DNA of 64,000 nucleotides from an uncultured Fibrobacterota bacterium. GTDB lineage: Bacteria; Fibrobacterota; Chitinivibrionia; Chitinivibrionales; FEN-1185. The translations under genes were made by a program, and so were the position numbers. Location of the stretch: contig CAVSQB010000013.1 of assembly GCA_963729895.1 (NCBI GenBank), positions 19,125 to 83,124 of the forward strand. Direction: 5' to 3'. The notes under the pieces are model-generated. The model had not been told where the DNA came from and ran no database searches. It worked only from the letters and a program-made list of their open reading frames with translations. Shown here one piece after another: positions 1-9,886 of the stretch. Positions within the stretch are counted from its first letter, which is position 1, and each line of letters begins with the position of its first letter.

Positions 1-194
1 TCCGTCCGCTCTTGAACAAAGCGCGGCAACGGCCTTAAAACCGCGCCAGGCTTCGGACGTGCAAACGGTCGCCCAGCCTGCCGATCCGCTGTTAGCCGCG
101 CGCCCGTGTCTCGTTCATCCAAACAAAACAGGAAATTGAATTATTCTTTTTGTGTGTTGATACCCGTGGATTTTTGAAGTGGTTTTTCCGGCAA

Positions 195-238
195 AGTGTA
201 CCAATGAGTGTACCAATTTACTTGTACAGTGTACCAAT
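195..238. repeat. Three direct copies of AGTGTACCAAT (195-205, 207-217, 228-238); candidate integrase arm-type sites
   Basis: Exact 11-bp repeats read from the sequence in an AT-rich stretch about 115-160 bp beyond the tRNA 3' end. Confidence 0.75.
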
Positions 239-293
239 TTTCGTACTATTTGGTAGTATTTTGGAGATTGAAATTGATAGGAGGAGAATAAAA

Positions 294-346
294 AAAGGCT
301 CTAAAAACGTTGAAATTAGCTTGATTTCGCGGTATTTAGAGCCTTT
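294..346 (-). terminator. Long hairpin just downstream of tRNA-Ala; terminator or att-associated stem-loop
   Basis: AAAGGCTCTAAA (294-305) pairs with TTTAGAGCCTTT (335-346), with extra inner pairing; followed by a T-run on the minus strand. Confidence 0.7.
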
Positions 347-353
347 ATTAAAG

Positions 354-426
354 TGGAGCTGGTCGGGATCGAACCGACGACCCCCAGACTGCCAGCCTGA
401 TGCTCTCCCAACTGAGCTACAGCCCC
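354..426 (-). tRNA. tRNA-Ala (anticodon GGC); CCA not encoded
   Basis: Reverse complement GGGGCTGTAGCTCAGTTGGGAGAGC...CTGGCAG...GGTTCGATCCCGACCAGCTCCA; acceptor stem has G3:U70; T-loop GTTCGAT. Confidence 0.97.
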
Positions 427-575
427 ACTAAAATTCTTTTTAGAAATTACTTCTGAGGACGGACAAAGTCAAACTCTTTTCCCGAGACGCGGCATTGCGT
501 TGCGCTCCTCACAGTGAATCTTGGTTCCGGAAGATCAACCGCAGATTGCAATAAATGGCTTCGTGATGAAACTTC

Positions 576-2294
576 CTACAGGTGTTTCTTTTGTATCTTC
601 GCCCAGGTGTCTTTGAGCGATACGGTCCTGTTGAACACCAGATTTCCCGGTTTGCAATCCACACTGTCGGCGCAGAAATAGCCTACCCTCTCGAACTGGT
701 ACTTATCGCCCGCCTTCGCGCTCGCCAAGCCCGGTTCCAATCGGACATTCTTCACAACACGCAAGGATTTTTCATTAATGATAGACTTGAAATCCATGCC
801 TTCCGGAACATCGTTCGGATCTTCTTTGGCGAGAAGATAGTCGTACAACCGCACTTCCGCGGGAACGGAATGTTCGGCCGACACCCAGTGCATTGTTGAC
901 TTAGGCGACCTTCCATCCGGCGACGAACCGCCGCGCGTGGCGGGGTCGTAGGTGCAGTGGAGCGCGGTGATCTCCCCCGTCGCCGAATCTTTGTCCACGC
1001 CCGTGCAGGTGATGAAATACGCGTAGCGCAACCGCACCTCGCGTCCGGGTGAGAGCCGGAAAAACTTTTTGGGCGGGTCCGCCATAAAATCGTCCTTTTC
1101 GATAAAAAGGGTCTTTGAAAAAGGAACATTTCGGCCGCCCATCGACGGGTCTTCGGGATTGTTCACCGCGTCAAGCTCCTCAACCCGTCCTTCAGGATAA
1201 TTGTCGATGATCACTTTGAGCGGGTTGAGCACTGCCATGACGCGCGGCGCCCGTTTGTTAAGATCCTCCCGCACGCAATGTTCGAGCAGCGCCACTTCCA
1301 CCATGCTGTCGCGCTTGGCAACTCCGATTTTCTCGCAGAAGTTGCGGATCGCTTCGGGCGTATACCCTCTGCGCCGCATGCCGCATATCGTGGGCATGCG
1401 CGGATCGTCCCAGCCGTCAACCAAACCTTCCTGCACGAGTTCCAGCAGTTTGCGCTTGCTCATGACCGTGTAGGTAAGGTTAAGCCGGGCAAATTCGATT
1501 TGCCGCGGCACGCACGGCACGGGGGCCTGCCTCAGGAACCAGTCGTACAGCGGCCGGTGGTTCTCGAATTCGAGCGAACATAACGAATATGTAACGCCTT
1601 CTATGGCGTCTTCGTTGCCTTGTGCCCAGTCGTACATCGGGTAGATGCACCACGCGTCGCCCTGGCGATGGTGCGGCTTCTTGACAATGCGGTACATCGC
1701 GGGATCGCGCAAGTTAAGGTTGGGCGATGCCATGTCGATTTTGGCGCGCAGGGTGCGCGACCCGTCTTCGAACTCCCCTTTGCGCATGCGTTCGAACAGG
1801 TCGAGATTCTCCTCAATGGACCGGTTGCGGTACGGGCTGTCCTTACCGGGTTGTGTCAGCGTGCCCCGATACTCCCGCATTTGGTCTGCGTTGAGATCGC
1901 ACACGTACGCTTTGCCGGCCTTGATCATGTACACGGCCCATTCGTACATTTGTTGAAAGTAGTCGGAAGCATAGTACAGGTGTTTGCCCCAATCGTAGCC
2001 AAGCCATCTAACGTCGCGCTGAATGGCTTCCACGTATTCCTGATCTTCCTTACTTGGGTTGGTGTCGTCGTAACGCAAATGGCACTCGCCGCCGAATTCC
2101 ATTGCCATCCCAAAGTCGATGCTTATGGCCTTGGCGTGGCCGATATGCAAATAGCCGTTAGGTTCGGGCGGGAACCGGGTCACCACATTCTTCGTCTTGC
2201 CGGACGCAATGTCTTCCAGAATGAAATCGCGGATGAAGTTGGCTGGTTTTTCGGCTTGCAGTTCAGGATAGTCTCTTCTGATGTCTTCCGTCAT
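576..2294 (-). CDS. glnS: Glutamine--tRNA ligase
   Basis: [17 protein letters not shown] (HIGH) and VMSKRKL motifs; C-terminal QFERVGYF. Confidence 0.97.
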   Translation of the reverse strand: MTEDIRRDYPELQAEKPANFIRDFILEDIASGKTKNVVTRFPPEPNGYLHIGHAKAISIDFGMAMEFGGECHLRYDDTNPSKEDQEYVEAIQRDVRWLGYDWGKHLYYASDYFQQMYEWAVYMIKAGKAYVCDLNADQMREYRGTLTQPGKDSPYRNRSIEENLDLFERMRKGEFEDGSRTLRAKIDMASPNLNLRDPAMYRIVKKPHHRQGDAWCIYPMYDWAQGNEDAIEGVTYSLCSLEFENHRPLYDWFLRQAPVPCVPRQIEFARLNLTYTVMSKRKLLELVQEGLVDGWDDPRMPTICGMRRRGYTPEAIRNFCEKIGVAKRDSMVEVALLEHCVREDLNKRAPRVMAVLNPLKVIIDNYPEGRVEELDAVNNPEDPSMGGRNVPFSKTLFIEKDDFMADPPKKFFRLSPGREVRLRYAYFITCTGVDKDSATGEITALHCTYDPATRGGSSPDGRSPKSTMHWVSAEHSVPAEVRLYDYLLAKEDPNDVPEGMDFKSIINEKSLRVVKNVRLEPGLASAKAGDKYQFERVGYFCADSVDCKPGNLVFNRTVSLKDTWAKIQKKHL

Positions 2295-2304
2295 GGGTAC
2301 CTCT

Positions 2305-3768
2305 TTAATTGATTTTGCTGATTGCCGTTTTGATTCGCCGAGTGACGGCCTCTTTGCCGAGCAATTCCATCATTTCGAACAACCCCGGCCCAAAGCTCAC
2401 GCCGCTGACGGCGAGGCGCGTCGGATGAACAAGCTCGCCTATGGAGATTCCGGTTCGCGCCGCGTGCCCGCGATACAACGCATCGATTTCTTCATGCGTA
2501 AAATTCTCCATCGCCTCGAGCTTCCCGAGAAGCTCCCGCAGCACCGAGCCGGTTCCCGTTTTGAAATGCTTTCGAACCGCCTTTTCTTCGTACGTTTCCG
2601 GATCTTTGAAAAAGTACACCGAGTTGTCGGCAATCTCGTTTATGCGTTTGGATCTGTCTTTGAACATTTTAATCACCGAAAGCAAGTAGTGATCGTTGTC
2701 GTGGCTACCTGCAGAAACCATCCCTTTTTCTTTCCAGAGCCCGATTACCTCCGGGGCCAGGCGCTCAGCCGTGGATTCCATAAGGTAAAGTCCGTTCATC
2801 CAGTCGAGTTTTTGTTCGTCGAGCACGGCCCCTTTGGGCGATATCTGTTCTATGGCAAAAGCATCGACAATGTCCTGCCTCGACATCTTCTCCCGCATGT
2901 CGCCACCGCCGGGTGACCAGCCGAGCAGGGCAAGAAAATTGAACAGCGCGTCCGAAAGTATTCCCCGGTTCTTGTAGTCCATGACCGACGCGGCACCCTT
3001 GCGTTTCGAAAGCTTGCCGCCCGATGGATCGAGAATCACGGGCATGTGAGCAAAGTGCGGCGGAGCCCAGCCGAAGGCTTCGTACAGTAAAATGTGACGC
3101 GGGGTCGAGGAAATCCATTCGTCACCGCGGAGCACATGCGATATCTTCATTTCGTGATCGTCAACTACATTAGCCAGATGATACGTTGGAAAACCATCCG
3201 ACTTGAGAATCACCAGATCATCGAGTACCTCGGTTTTATACTCGATGGCGCCGCGGATCATGTCGGTGAACACAACCGTGCGGTCCTCGGGAACTTTAAA
3301 GCGCACCACGAAGGATTTTCCCTCGCCGAACAGCCGCTGCTGCTCCTCCCGGGACAGGTTCCGGCAATGCCTGTCGTAGCCGGTAAGCATTTTGGCCTTT
3401 TCGCGGGCGAGCCTCACCTCCTCAAGACGGGCCGCGGTGCAAAAACATCGGTATGCATGCCCTTTGTCAAGCAGTTCCCCAGCATACCGTTCGTAAAGCG
3501 CCAGGCGCTCCGACTGCACATACGGACCCGCCGGGCCGCCCGCCTCCGGCCCTTCGTCCCACCAAAGCCCCAGCCAGTTGAGGCTCTGGTAAATCTCGGC
3601 AAGCGCGCCCTCAACAAACCTTGTTCTGTCCGTATCTTCGATACGGAGAATGAACGTGCCGCCGGTGTGCTTTGCGTAAAGAAAGTTGAACAAAGCCGTG
3701 CGTGCACCGCCGACATGCAAATATCCGGTCGGAGAAGGGGCAAATCGGACACGGACGGGTGGAGGCAT
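2305..3768 (-). CDS. gltX: Glutamate--tRNA ligase (start trimmed from the ORF call of 3897; 3774 also possible)
   Basis: [22 protein letters not shown] and KLSKR motifs; AGGGA RBS before ATG. Confidence 0.96.
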   Translation of the reverse strand: MPPPVRVRFAPSPTGYLHVGGARTALFNFLYAKHTGGTFILRIEDTDRTRFVEGALAEIYQSLNWLGLWWDEGPEAGGPAGPYVQSERLALYERYAGELLDKGHAYRCFCTAARLEEVRLAREKAKMLTGYDRHCRNLSREEQQRLFGEGKSFVVRFKVPEDRTVVFTDMIRGAIEYKTEVLDDLVILKSDGFPTYHLANVVDDHEMKISHVLRGDEWISSTPRHILLYEAFGWAPPHFAHMPVILDPSGGKLSKRKGAASVMDYKNRGILSDALFNFLALLGWSPGGGDMREKMSRQDIVDAFAIEQISPKGAVLDEQKLDWMNGLYLMESTAERLAPEVIGLWKEKGMVSAGSHDNDHYLLSVIKMFKDRSKRINEIADNSVYFFKDPETYEEKAVRKHFKTGTGSVLRELLGKLEAMENFTHEEIDALYRGHAARTGISIGELVHPTRLAVSGVSFGPGLFEMMELLGKEAVTRRIKTAISKIN

Positions 3769-3808
3769 TGTCATTCCCTGTGAAAGCATCTCTCGTGCTC
3801 GTGCGAAA

Positions 3809-4771
3809 TCACGCCCTGGCATTCGGGTTGACCACAACCAGGATCTTTCCCAGCCGTGCGACCGCTTTTTTTCCGAACACATGTTTGAATTCGTCAAGTT
3901 TGTTCTTCATGTATTCCGTTTTCCCGTGGCAATCTTGTTTGAAGGCGGTCAATTCCCTGCGTTTTTTGGAGAATTGGCGCAATTCACCGAGCACGTGCGC
4001 CTTGAGCAGCGACAGCATTGTCATGGTGGAATTATCCGCCCGCCTCGCATCCAAAAAATCAAGGGCCTCGGTAAATTGTTTTTCTCTGCACAAATGATAT
4101 GCCTTTATCACAATTTCAATCTCATTGAATCTCTTGTTGATGAAGGTCAGCCGCTTGCGGAGCAGTTCCACATCCAGATGCGGCTGCTGCGTTTCGTAAT
4201 GCGTGATAAGCTTATGCAAGGCCTGGATGTTGTCCGGATCGCGCGACAACAGGTCTTCGAGGCCCGCTTCCTCCTTCTCAAAATCGCCTTGCTGTTCATA
4301 CAGATCGGCAAGCTTGAGACGGGAAAAATAGTTGCCGGGTTCAAGAGTTATTTCCCGCTCGAGGCACTTGACCGCATTCTTGCCATCGCCCAATTCCAAG
4401 TAGGATGTCGCGAGATTGTGATACGGCATGGCATAACGGCCAAAGACCGAGCATGCTTTCTTGAACCACCCGATGCTCTGCCGGAAACACCCCACATATT
4501 GGTTCACCTCGCCTATCAGAATGTAGATGTCCGCCAGATCGCGGCGATCCTCTTCGTTCTTATTTTTCATTGCCTCGAAGAACGCCGCGACACGTCTGAG
4601 TGCGCCCGTGGCCGCCTTGCATTTTCCGCCTATACAAAGGGCATAAGTCCTGTTTTCAATAAACTCCGAGACATCCTTAAAATCGACGGATTTGGCGATT
4701 ACAAGCTCGCAAAGCTGGGCGAGAGACAATTCCTCGTATGTGTTGATGGACGCTATTTTCAATGCCGTCAT
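3809..4771 (-). CDS. Tetratricopeptide-repeat protein
   Basis: Helical repeats such as YHNLATSYLELGDGKNAVKCLEREITLEPGN. Confidence 0.8.
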   Translation of the reverse strand: MTALKIASINTYEELSLAQLCELVIAKSVDFKDVSEFIENRTYALCIGGKCKAATGALRRVAAFFEAMKNKNEEDRRDLADIYILIGEVNQYVGCFRQSIGWFKKACSVFGRYAMPYHNLATSYLELGDGKNAVKCLEREITLEPGNYFSRLKLADLYEQQGDFEKEEAGLEDLLSRDPDNIQALHKLITHYETQQPHLDVELLRKRLTFINKRFNEIEIVIKAYHLCREKQFTEALDFLDARRADNSTMTMLSLLKAHVLGELRQFSKKRRELTAFKQDCHGKTEYMKNKLDEFKHVFGKKAVARLGKILVVVNPNARA

Positions 4772-4781
4772 GATGAAATGT

Positions 4782-6056
4782 CTATCGTTTGCGGAATGCG
4801 GTTACCTTGCCCAATTGGTTGCAATACGCCGTCGTCGTTCCCTCAACTGACACCGACGCCATGGAAGAAAGCCGGTCGCACGCATCCAGAAGCCCCGCGG
4901 CGCCGCTCCCAGAAAATAATACCCAGTTTCCGATGAGATAATAACCTTTTGGCAAATCGCGCACGGCAAGTCGGAACCCGCATTGGCCGATGCCGCCCCG
5001 ATCCGAGGGCATTGTCACGCGATACCCGCTTCCGGAAAGCAAGCGATTATCGATGTCAGCGTCGAGCACCCACCCGTAGCCAAGGAGGCCGTTATGTGCG
5101 GTCATGCAGGTATGATTCGGGTTTGTCTCGACCAGCGTATCGAGCCTCAGGGCCGAACCGAGTGGAAACGAAATACCGCGCGATGCGACATCAAACGAAA
5201 AGCCCGCCGCCTCCTGCCTGAACACCGGAGTCATTTCGATGTACGCCACTTTGAACAAAGTTCTGAATTTCATCGGAAGGTGAATATACACCGGCACCCG
5301 CACGAGCTGCGGATAGCAAATCTGGTTCACGGCGGCATGGCTTCCCTTAAAAAACAGGCCCAGGTTGAGATGAAAATCTCCCCTGCGGATAAGCCGGATT
5401 GGCCCGGTCTTATAACGCTTTACAAGGCAGACCATGTTGTCTTCGGAATAGGTGATGGGCAGAATTCCCCAGAGCGCCTTGAGGACGATCCTGACCCGGA
5501 GCTCGTTGGTCAGATTGAGATAGCTGTTCGTTGAAAAGTTCTTGACCCCTGCATGTGTAAAATGAAACCGGTCATGGCCGAAATTCGCGTAAAAATACGG
5601 CGTCGTTATCAGCTCTTTAGAACTGTCGTAATCGATATAGGAAACCGGAGAAAGAGGAATGGAAGGGTTGTCGGTAATGTACACAAACCTGTTTTCCGAT
5701 TCGCGGCCAATTGTCACACAGGTGCGGCCCTTCACTCTTGCCGTTTCACCCGTCAATTCCATGTGTTGCCCAAGGCCAACCGTATCCGCGTCTTCCCACA
5801 AAAACACGATTTCGTCTGCGGTATCGAGCATACCGCTTCCCTTATTGGGTTCCTTGCCATTGGGACATATATAGTCGGCGCTGTCCACCTGGTCGATTTG
5901 AAACGGAATGCAGGCGCCTGCGTGATTTGTAACGCGCAAATCCACAATGTTCTTTCCCAGAAATGCGGGTATCATCTTACCGGTAATGACAATGGGTTCG
6001 GCGCATGCCAGGCCGGGCAGCAGCACGAATACGAGAAGGATGATTCTTGATTTCAT
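4782..6056 (-). CDS. Hypothetical secreted protein
   Basis: 424-aa ORF with an N-terminal signal peptide (MKSRIILLVFVLLPGLACA); packed in the operon. Confidence 0.75.
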   Translation of the reverse strand: MKSRIILLVFVLLPGLACAEPIVITGKMIPAFLGKNIVDLRVTNHAGACIPFQIDQVDSADYICPNGKEPNKGSGMLDTADEIVFLWEDADTVGLGQHMELTGETARVKGRTCVTIGRESENRFVYITDNPSIPLSPVSYIDYDSSKELITTPYFYANFGHDRFHFTHAGVKNFSTNSYLNLTNELRVRIVLKALWGILPITYSEDNMVCLVKRYKTGPIRLIRRGDFHLNLGLFFKGSHAAVNQICYPQLVRVPVYIHLPMKFRTLFKVAYIEMTPVFRQEAAGFSFDVASRGISFPLGSALRLDTLVETNPNHTCMTAHNGLLGYGWVLDADIDNRLLSGSGYRVTMPSDRGGIGQCGFRLAVRDLPKGYYLIGNWVLFSGSGAAGLLDACDRLSSMASVSVEGTTTAYCNQLGKVTAFRKR

Positions 6057-6259
6057 TGGGATTTGAACTCTTCTTGCTTGCTCAGCACTGGAGCATTAAG
6101 CCGGGAGCAGCGACCAAGGTTGATAAAATACGTCTACGGGGTACAGAATGAAAGGAGGGACCGTGAAAGCGGTTGGAATGATTTCGCTTTTGGGCATGCC
6201 ATAGGGTACGGATCGGCGTTTCGGAGTCTAAACCGGGACCGGTGTCCGTTGTTCTTGTC

Positions 6260-7945
6260 TTACATTTTCTTCCTCACCATGATCGACAGCAGCAACCCAA
6301 ATCCCATGATTGCGGCCACGACGAATCCGACAATCCCTATGACGGGAATATCGTGGAATCTGGGCGGAATCCTTGAAAGCACCACCAGCGAAGAGCCGAT
6401 GATGAGTGAAGCGAGGATGACGGTGAATGCAAGCCGGTCAACCAACTGCTCGTGCGTACGTAACATGGGCTCCAGCCCGCGATGTTCGAATTCGATGCGA
6501 ACCCTTCCGGCTTTGACAAGCCGCATGACGTCGCGAAGGTCGTAGGGAAGGTTTCTCACGATGGCGCCCAGGTCGAGACCCGACGCAACTAGACCTGACA
6601 AATGCGATAATGGGTTGAGCCGTTCGGCCATCAACTTCTTTGCAAACGGTTTCACATATTCGACAAGGGTGAAATCAGGGTCAAGGCTGAAGCCAACGCC
6701 TTCGATGGTAATCATCGCCTTCACAAGCAGATAGAAGCCGGGCAGTATTCTTATCTTGTGCGTAATAATAAGTTTTGTGATGCGCGTCATGAGATCGCCG
6801 ATGTTGACGTCCTTGAGGGAAAGGAGAACATAGTCTTCAAGCAACTCGGTAACGTCGTATTCGAGCATTTGGACATCCGCAATAGGCTGCCGGCTCTGTT
6901 CAACGAGCGTTCGAGCGATCTTACCGGGGTCTCTGTCGACAACACCGAGCATAATTGAGACAAGGTATTCCTTGAGCGATGGGGACAAGATACCCATTAT
7001 TCCGAAATCAAGGAAACAGATGACTCCACTTTCAAGTATCAGGATGTTGCCCGGGTGCGGGTCGGCATGGAAGAAGCCATGTTCGAAGATCTGCTTGAAC
7101 AGAAGCGTGGTACCACGCTCTGCAATTTGCTTCAAATCAAGCCCGGCTGATTTTAGCTTGCCAACATCAGAAGCTCTTATTCCGTCAACGAATTCCGTCG
7201 TGAGGACTCGTTTTGTGGTCAAATGGCGGTATACCGCCGGCACATACACCGTGGCGTCGCCGCGGAAGTTCTCCGCAAAACGCTCGATATGGGACGCTTC
7301 ATTGAGAAAATTGAGTTCCTTGCGTATGCTGCGCACGAATTCCTCGTGGATTCGCACGGGACTCACATACTTGGCGAATTCAACATGCTTTTCGATAATT
7401 GAAGCGACCTGAAACAGGATGTCGATATCAGTCTCTATAACTTCCTCAAGTCTTGGCCGTTGAACCTTGACGGCAACCTGGGTGCCGTTTGCAAGCGCGG
7501 CACGATGCACCTGGGCAATGGAAGCAGAGGCAAAGGGGTCTTTGGAAAAATCAGAAAAGATCTCGGTCACCGGCTTGCCGAATTCTTTTTCAAGGATTCG
7601 AACGGATTCTTCGGCGGGAAAAGGCTCAACTGAGTCCTGTAATTGCCTCAGCGCCGTTATGATCTCCTGCGGCAGCACGTCGGGACGGTTGCTCATGAAC
7701 TGGCCCAGCTTTATGAATGTGGGCCCCAACTCCGTAAATGCCAGGCGGAGGCGGTCGCCGTGCGACAGATGGTGCAAGCTTGCGTCAGACCTGGCAGCGG
7801 GCCTTAGTCCCGGCGGCAGATACCGCTCGAGGCGCAGGGTGGCGAGCAAGTCGCCCAGCCCGTACTTAATAAAGACGGACATTATCTCGCCGTACCTGGC
7901 GATCTGGCGGTAGGTACGGCCGATGGTGGGAATTCTTCGGAACAT
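6260..7945 (-). CDS. AarF/UbiB (ABC1) family atypical kinase with two C-terminal TM helices
   Basis: LGPTFIKLGQ, ASASIAQVH, VAVKVQRP, FFHADPHPGN and LDFG motifs. Confidence 0.93.
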   Translation of the reverse strand: MFRRIPTIGRTYRQIARYGEIMSVFIKYGLGDLLATLRLERYLPPGLRPAARSDASLHHLSHGDRLRLAFTELGPTFIKLGQFMSNRPDVLPQEIITALRQLQDSVEPFPAEESVRILEKEFGKPVTEIFSDFSKDPFASASIAQVHRAALANGTQVAVKVQRPRLEEVIETDIDILFQVASIIEKHVEFAKYVSPVRIHEEFVRSIRKELNFLNEASHIERFAENFRGDATVYVPAVYRHLTTKRVLTTEFVDGIRASDVGKLKSAGLDLKQIAERGTTLLFKQIFEHGFFHADPHPGNILILESGVICFLDFGIMGILSPSLKEYLVSIMLGVVDRDPGKIARTLVEQSRQPIADVQMLEYDVTELLEDYVLLSLKDVNIGDLMTRITKLIITHKIRILPGFYLLVKAMITIEGVGFSLDPDFTLVEYVKPFAKKLMAERLNPLSHLSGLVASGLDLGAIVRNLPYDLRDVMRLVKAGRVRIEFEHRGLEPMLRTHEQLVDRLAFTVILASLIIGSSLVVLSRIPPRFHDIPVIGIVGFVVAAIMGFGLLLSIMVRKKM

Positions 7946-8086
7946 GGCGACACTCGGGATTTCTACTTGACTACGAGAAAGACGTAGACGGGCGCGATGC
8001 TACGACCTTGCTCTTTCGCCTGCGGGCAGAAAGGTTCTTCTGCCTCACACGCACGCATCCGGCCGCTTTCGTTCCCGCTCGTTCGT

Positions 8087-8377
8087 TCACTTCTTTCCTT
8101 CAAGCTCCCGTATCCTGGCCTCGAGCTTCTTTATATCGGCACGAGTGGGGATGTCAAGCTTTGTGACGGCGGTGTGCACTGCAGTGTCGACAAGCTTCTC
8201 CACGCTTTTTCTGGCCTCCTCGGACTTCTTCAAAAGATCATCGACGAATTTCTTTCCCTCGCCTTCCGCAATCTTGGCTTCCCGCACGATCTTCTTCGCA
8301 GCCACCTCGGCCTTCTCCTTTGTCATGAACGCGAGTCCGACTCCCGCCAGGACCGTCTTCTTGATCAGTTCTACCAT
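8087..8377 (-). CDS. Phasin-like (PhaI/PhaF-type) small protein
   Basis: LAGVGLAFMTKEKAE...EGKKFVDDL...LDIPTRADIKKLEARI; AGGAGG RBS. Confidence 0.85.
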   Translation of the reverse strand: MVELIKKTVLAGVGLAFMTKEKAEVAAKKIVREAKIAEGEGKKFVDDLLKKSEEARKSVEKLVDTAVHTAVTKLDIPTRADIKKLEARIRELEGKK

Positions 8378-8431
8378 GGGACCCTCCTTGTGCTGATGTG
8401 TTCCAAAGAATTCGTATATGGAAAGAATATA

Positions 8432-9886
8432 TTACGCGTTGTAACTTCCTGAAGAGGTTTGCCCTCCCCGGCCCGTCCAATCGGTGTGGAAGAAGCGCCC
8501 GCGCGGGCTGTCGGTTCTTTCGTAGGTATGCGCTCCGAAGTAGTCACGCTGTGCCTGAAGAAGGTTTGCAGGAAGCCGGTTGCAACGATAACCATCGTAA
8601 AATGCAAGCCCTGCGCTCAGCGCCGGAACGGGGATTCCGGCAAGAGCGGCGGCAGCAACCGTTTTTCTCCAGCCATCCTGACATCGCGCAACCGCGTCCC
8701 TGAAATATCCGTCGAGAAGGAGTGACGGAAGGCTCTTGTCCCTGTTGAAAGCCTCCTTTATTCTGTCGAGAAACACGCTCCGAATAATGCATCCTGCGCG
8801 CCACACGAGGGCGATGTTGCCCAGGTCCAGGTTCCACGAATACTCGGCAGCCGCCTGCCGCAGAAGCATGAAGCCCTGGGTATAGCTGATTATTTTTGAA
8901 GCGAACAAGGCGTCCCGCAGGTTTGAAATGCATTCCTGTTTTTCCGCCGGAATCTTCATGTTGGGACCGACAAGCGCCTTGGAGGCAAGAACGCGCTCGT
9001 CCTTAATGGCCGACAAACACCTGCTGAATACCGCTTCGGCAATAAGCGTGACCGGAACGCCCAAATCCAGGGAACTCACGCTGGCCCACTTTCCGGTCCC
9101 CTTCTGGCCCGACACGTCAAGAATCTTGTCAACAAGGAACGATTCGTTTCGGTCGCGGAATTCGAGGATAGTGGCGGTGATTTCCACCAGGTAACTGTTG
9201 AGCTCTCCCCTGTTCCATTCGGCCCAGACCCTGGACATTTCCGCCGGTTCCAGCCCCAGACCGTCGCGCAGAAATTGGTACGATTCGCCGATCAACTGTA
9301 GATCGCCGTATTCGATTCCGTTGTGCGTCATCTTGACAAAATGGCCTGCCCCGTTCTCGCCGATCCAATCGCAGCACGGGATTCCATCCGGGGTTTTTGC
9401 GCAAATCGATTGAAAAATGGGCTTCACCAGCTGCCATGCCGCTGCGCTGCCGCCCGGCATCAGAGATGGCCCATTCCGCGCGCCTTCTTCCCCGCCGGAA
9501 ACGCCGCATCCAACATACAAGAGTCCTGCGGCTTCCACGAGCTTCGCGCGGCGAATTGAGTCTGTAAAGTGTGAGTTGCCCCCATCAATGATGCAATCGC
9601 CGGGTTGAAGAGAGCGAAGCAGAACGTCGGTCAAATCGTCCACCGGGGATCCTGCCTTTACCATGAGCATGATTTTGCGAGGCCGTTCAAGATAGCCGAT
9701 CATTTCTTCAAACGAACGGGCGCCTATAATGCTTTTCCCGCGTGCCGGGCCGGAAAGAAACTCGTTTGTTTTTGCCGCCGTCCTGTTGTGAACAACCACA
9801 CTGAAGCCGTGGTCAGCCATGTTGAGGGCAAGATTGGCGCCCATCACCGCCAGGCCCGCAACCCCTATGTCGGCATGCGTGTTCAT
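8432..9886 (-). CDS. gnd: 6-phosphogluconate dehydrogenase, decarboxylating
   Basis: GLAVMG, VSGGEEGA, GHFVKMTHNGIEYG and QAQRDYFGAH motifs. Confidence 0.97.
   Translation of the reverse strand: MNTHADIGVAGLAVMGANLALNMADHGFSVVVHNRTAAKTNEFLSGPARGKSIIGARSFEEMIGYLERPRKIMLMVKAGSPVDDLTDVLLRSLQPGDCIIDGGNSHFTDSIRRAKLVEAAGLLYVGCGVSGGEEGARNGPSLMPGGSAAAWQLVKPIFQSICAKTPDGIPCCDWIGENGAGHFVKMTHNGIEYGDLQLIGESYQFLRDGLGLEPAEMSRVWAEWNRGELNSYLVEITATILEFRDRNESFLVDKILDVSGQKGTGKWASVSSLDLGVPVTLIAEAVFSRCLSAIKDERVLASKALVGPNMKIPAEKQECISNLRDALFASKIISYTQGFMLLRQAAAEYSWNLDLGNIALVWRAGCIIRSVFLDRIKEAFNRDKSLPSLLLDGYFRDAVARCQDGWRKTVAAAALAGIPVPALSAGLAFYDGYRCNRLPANLLQAQRDYFGAHTYERTDSPRGRFFHTDWTGRGGQTSSGSYNA

Noticed and set aside
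150..431. 93-aa plus-strand ORF
   Set aside because: Runs antisense through the tRNA and att repeats; spurious
6151..6204. AAGGAGG followed by a 13-codon ORF (MKAVGMISLLGMP)
   Set aside because: Only 4-nt SD spacing, no promoter support; likely chance
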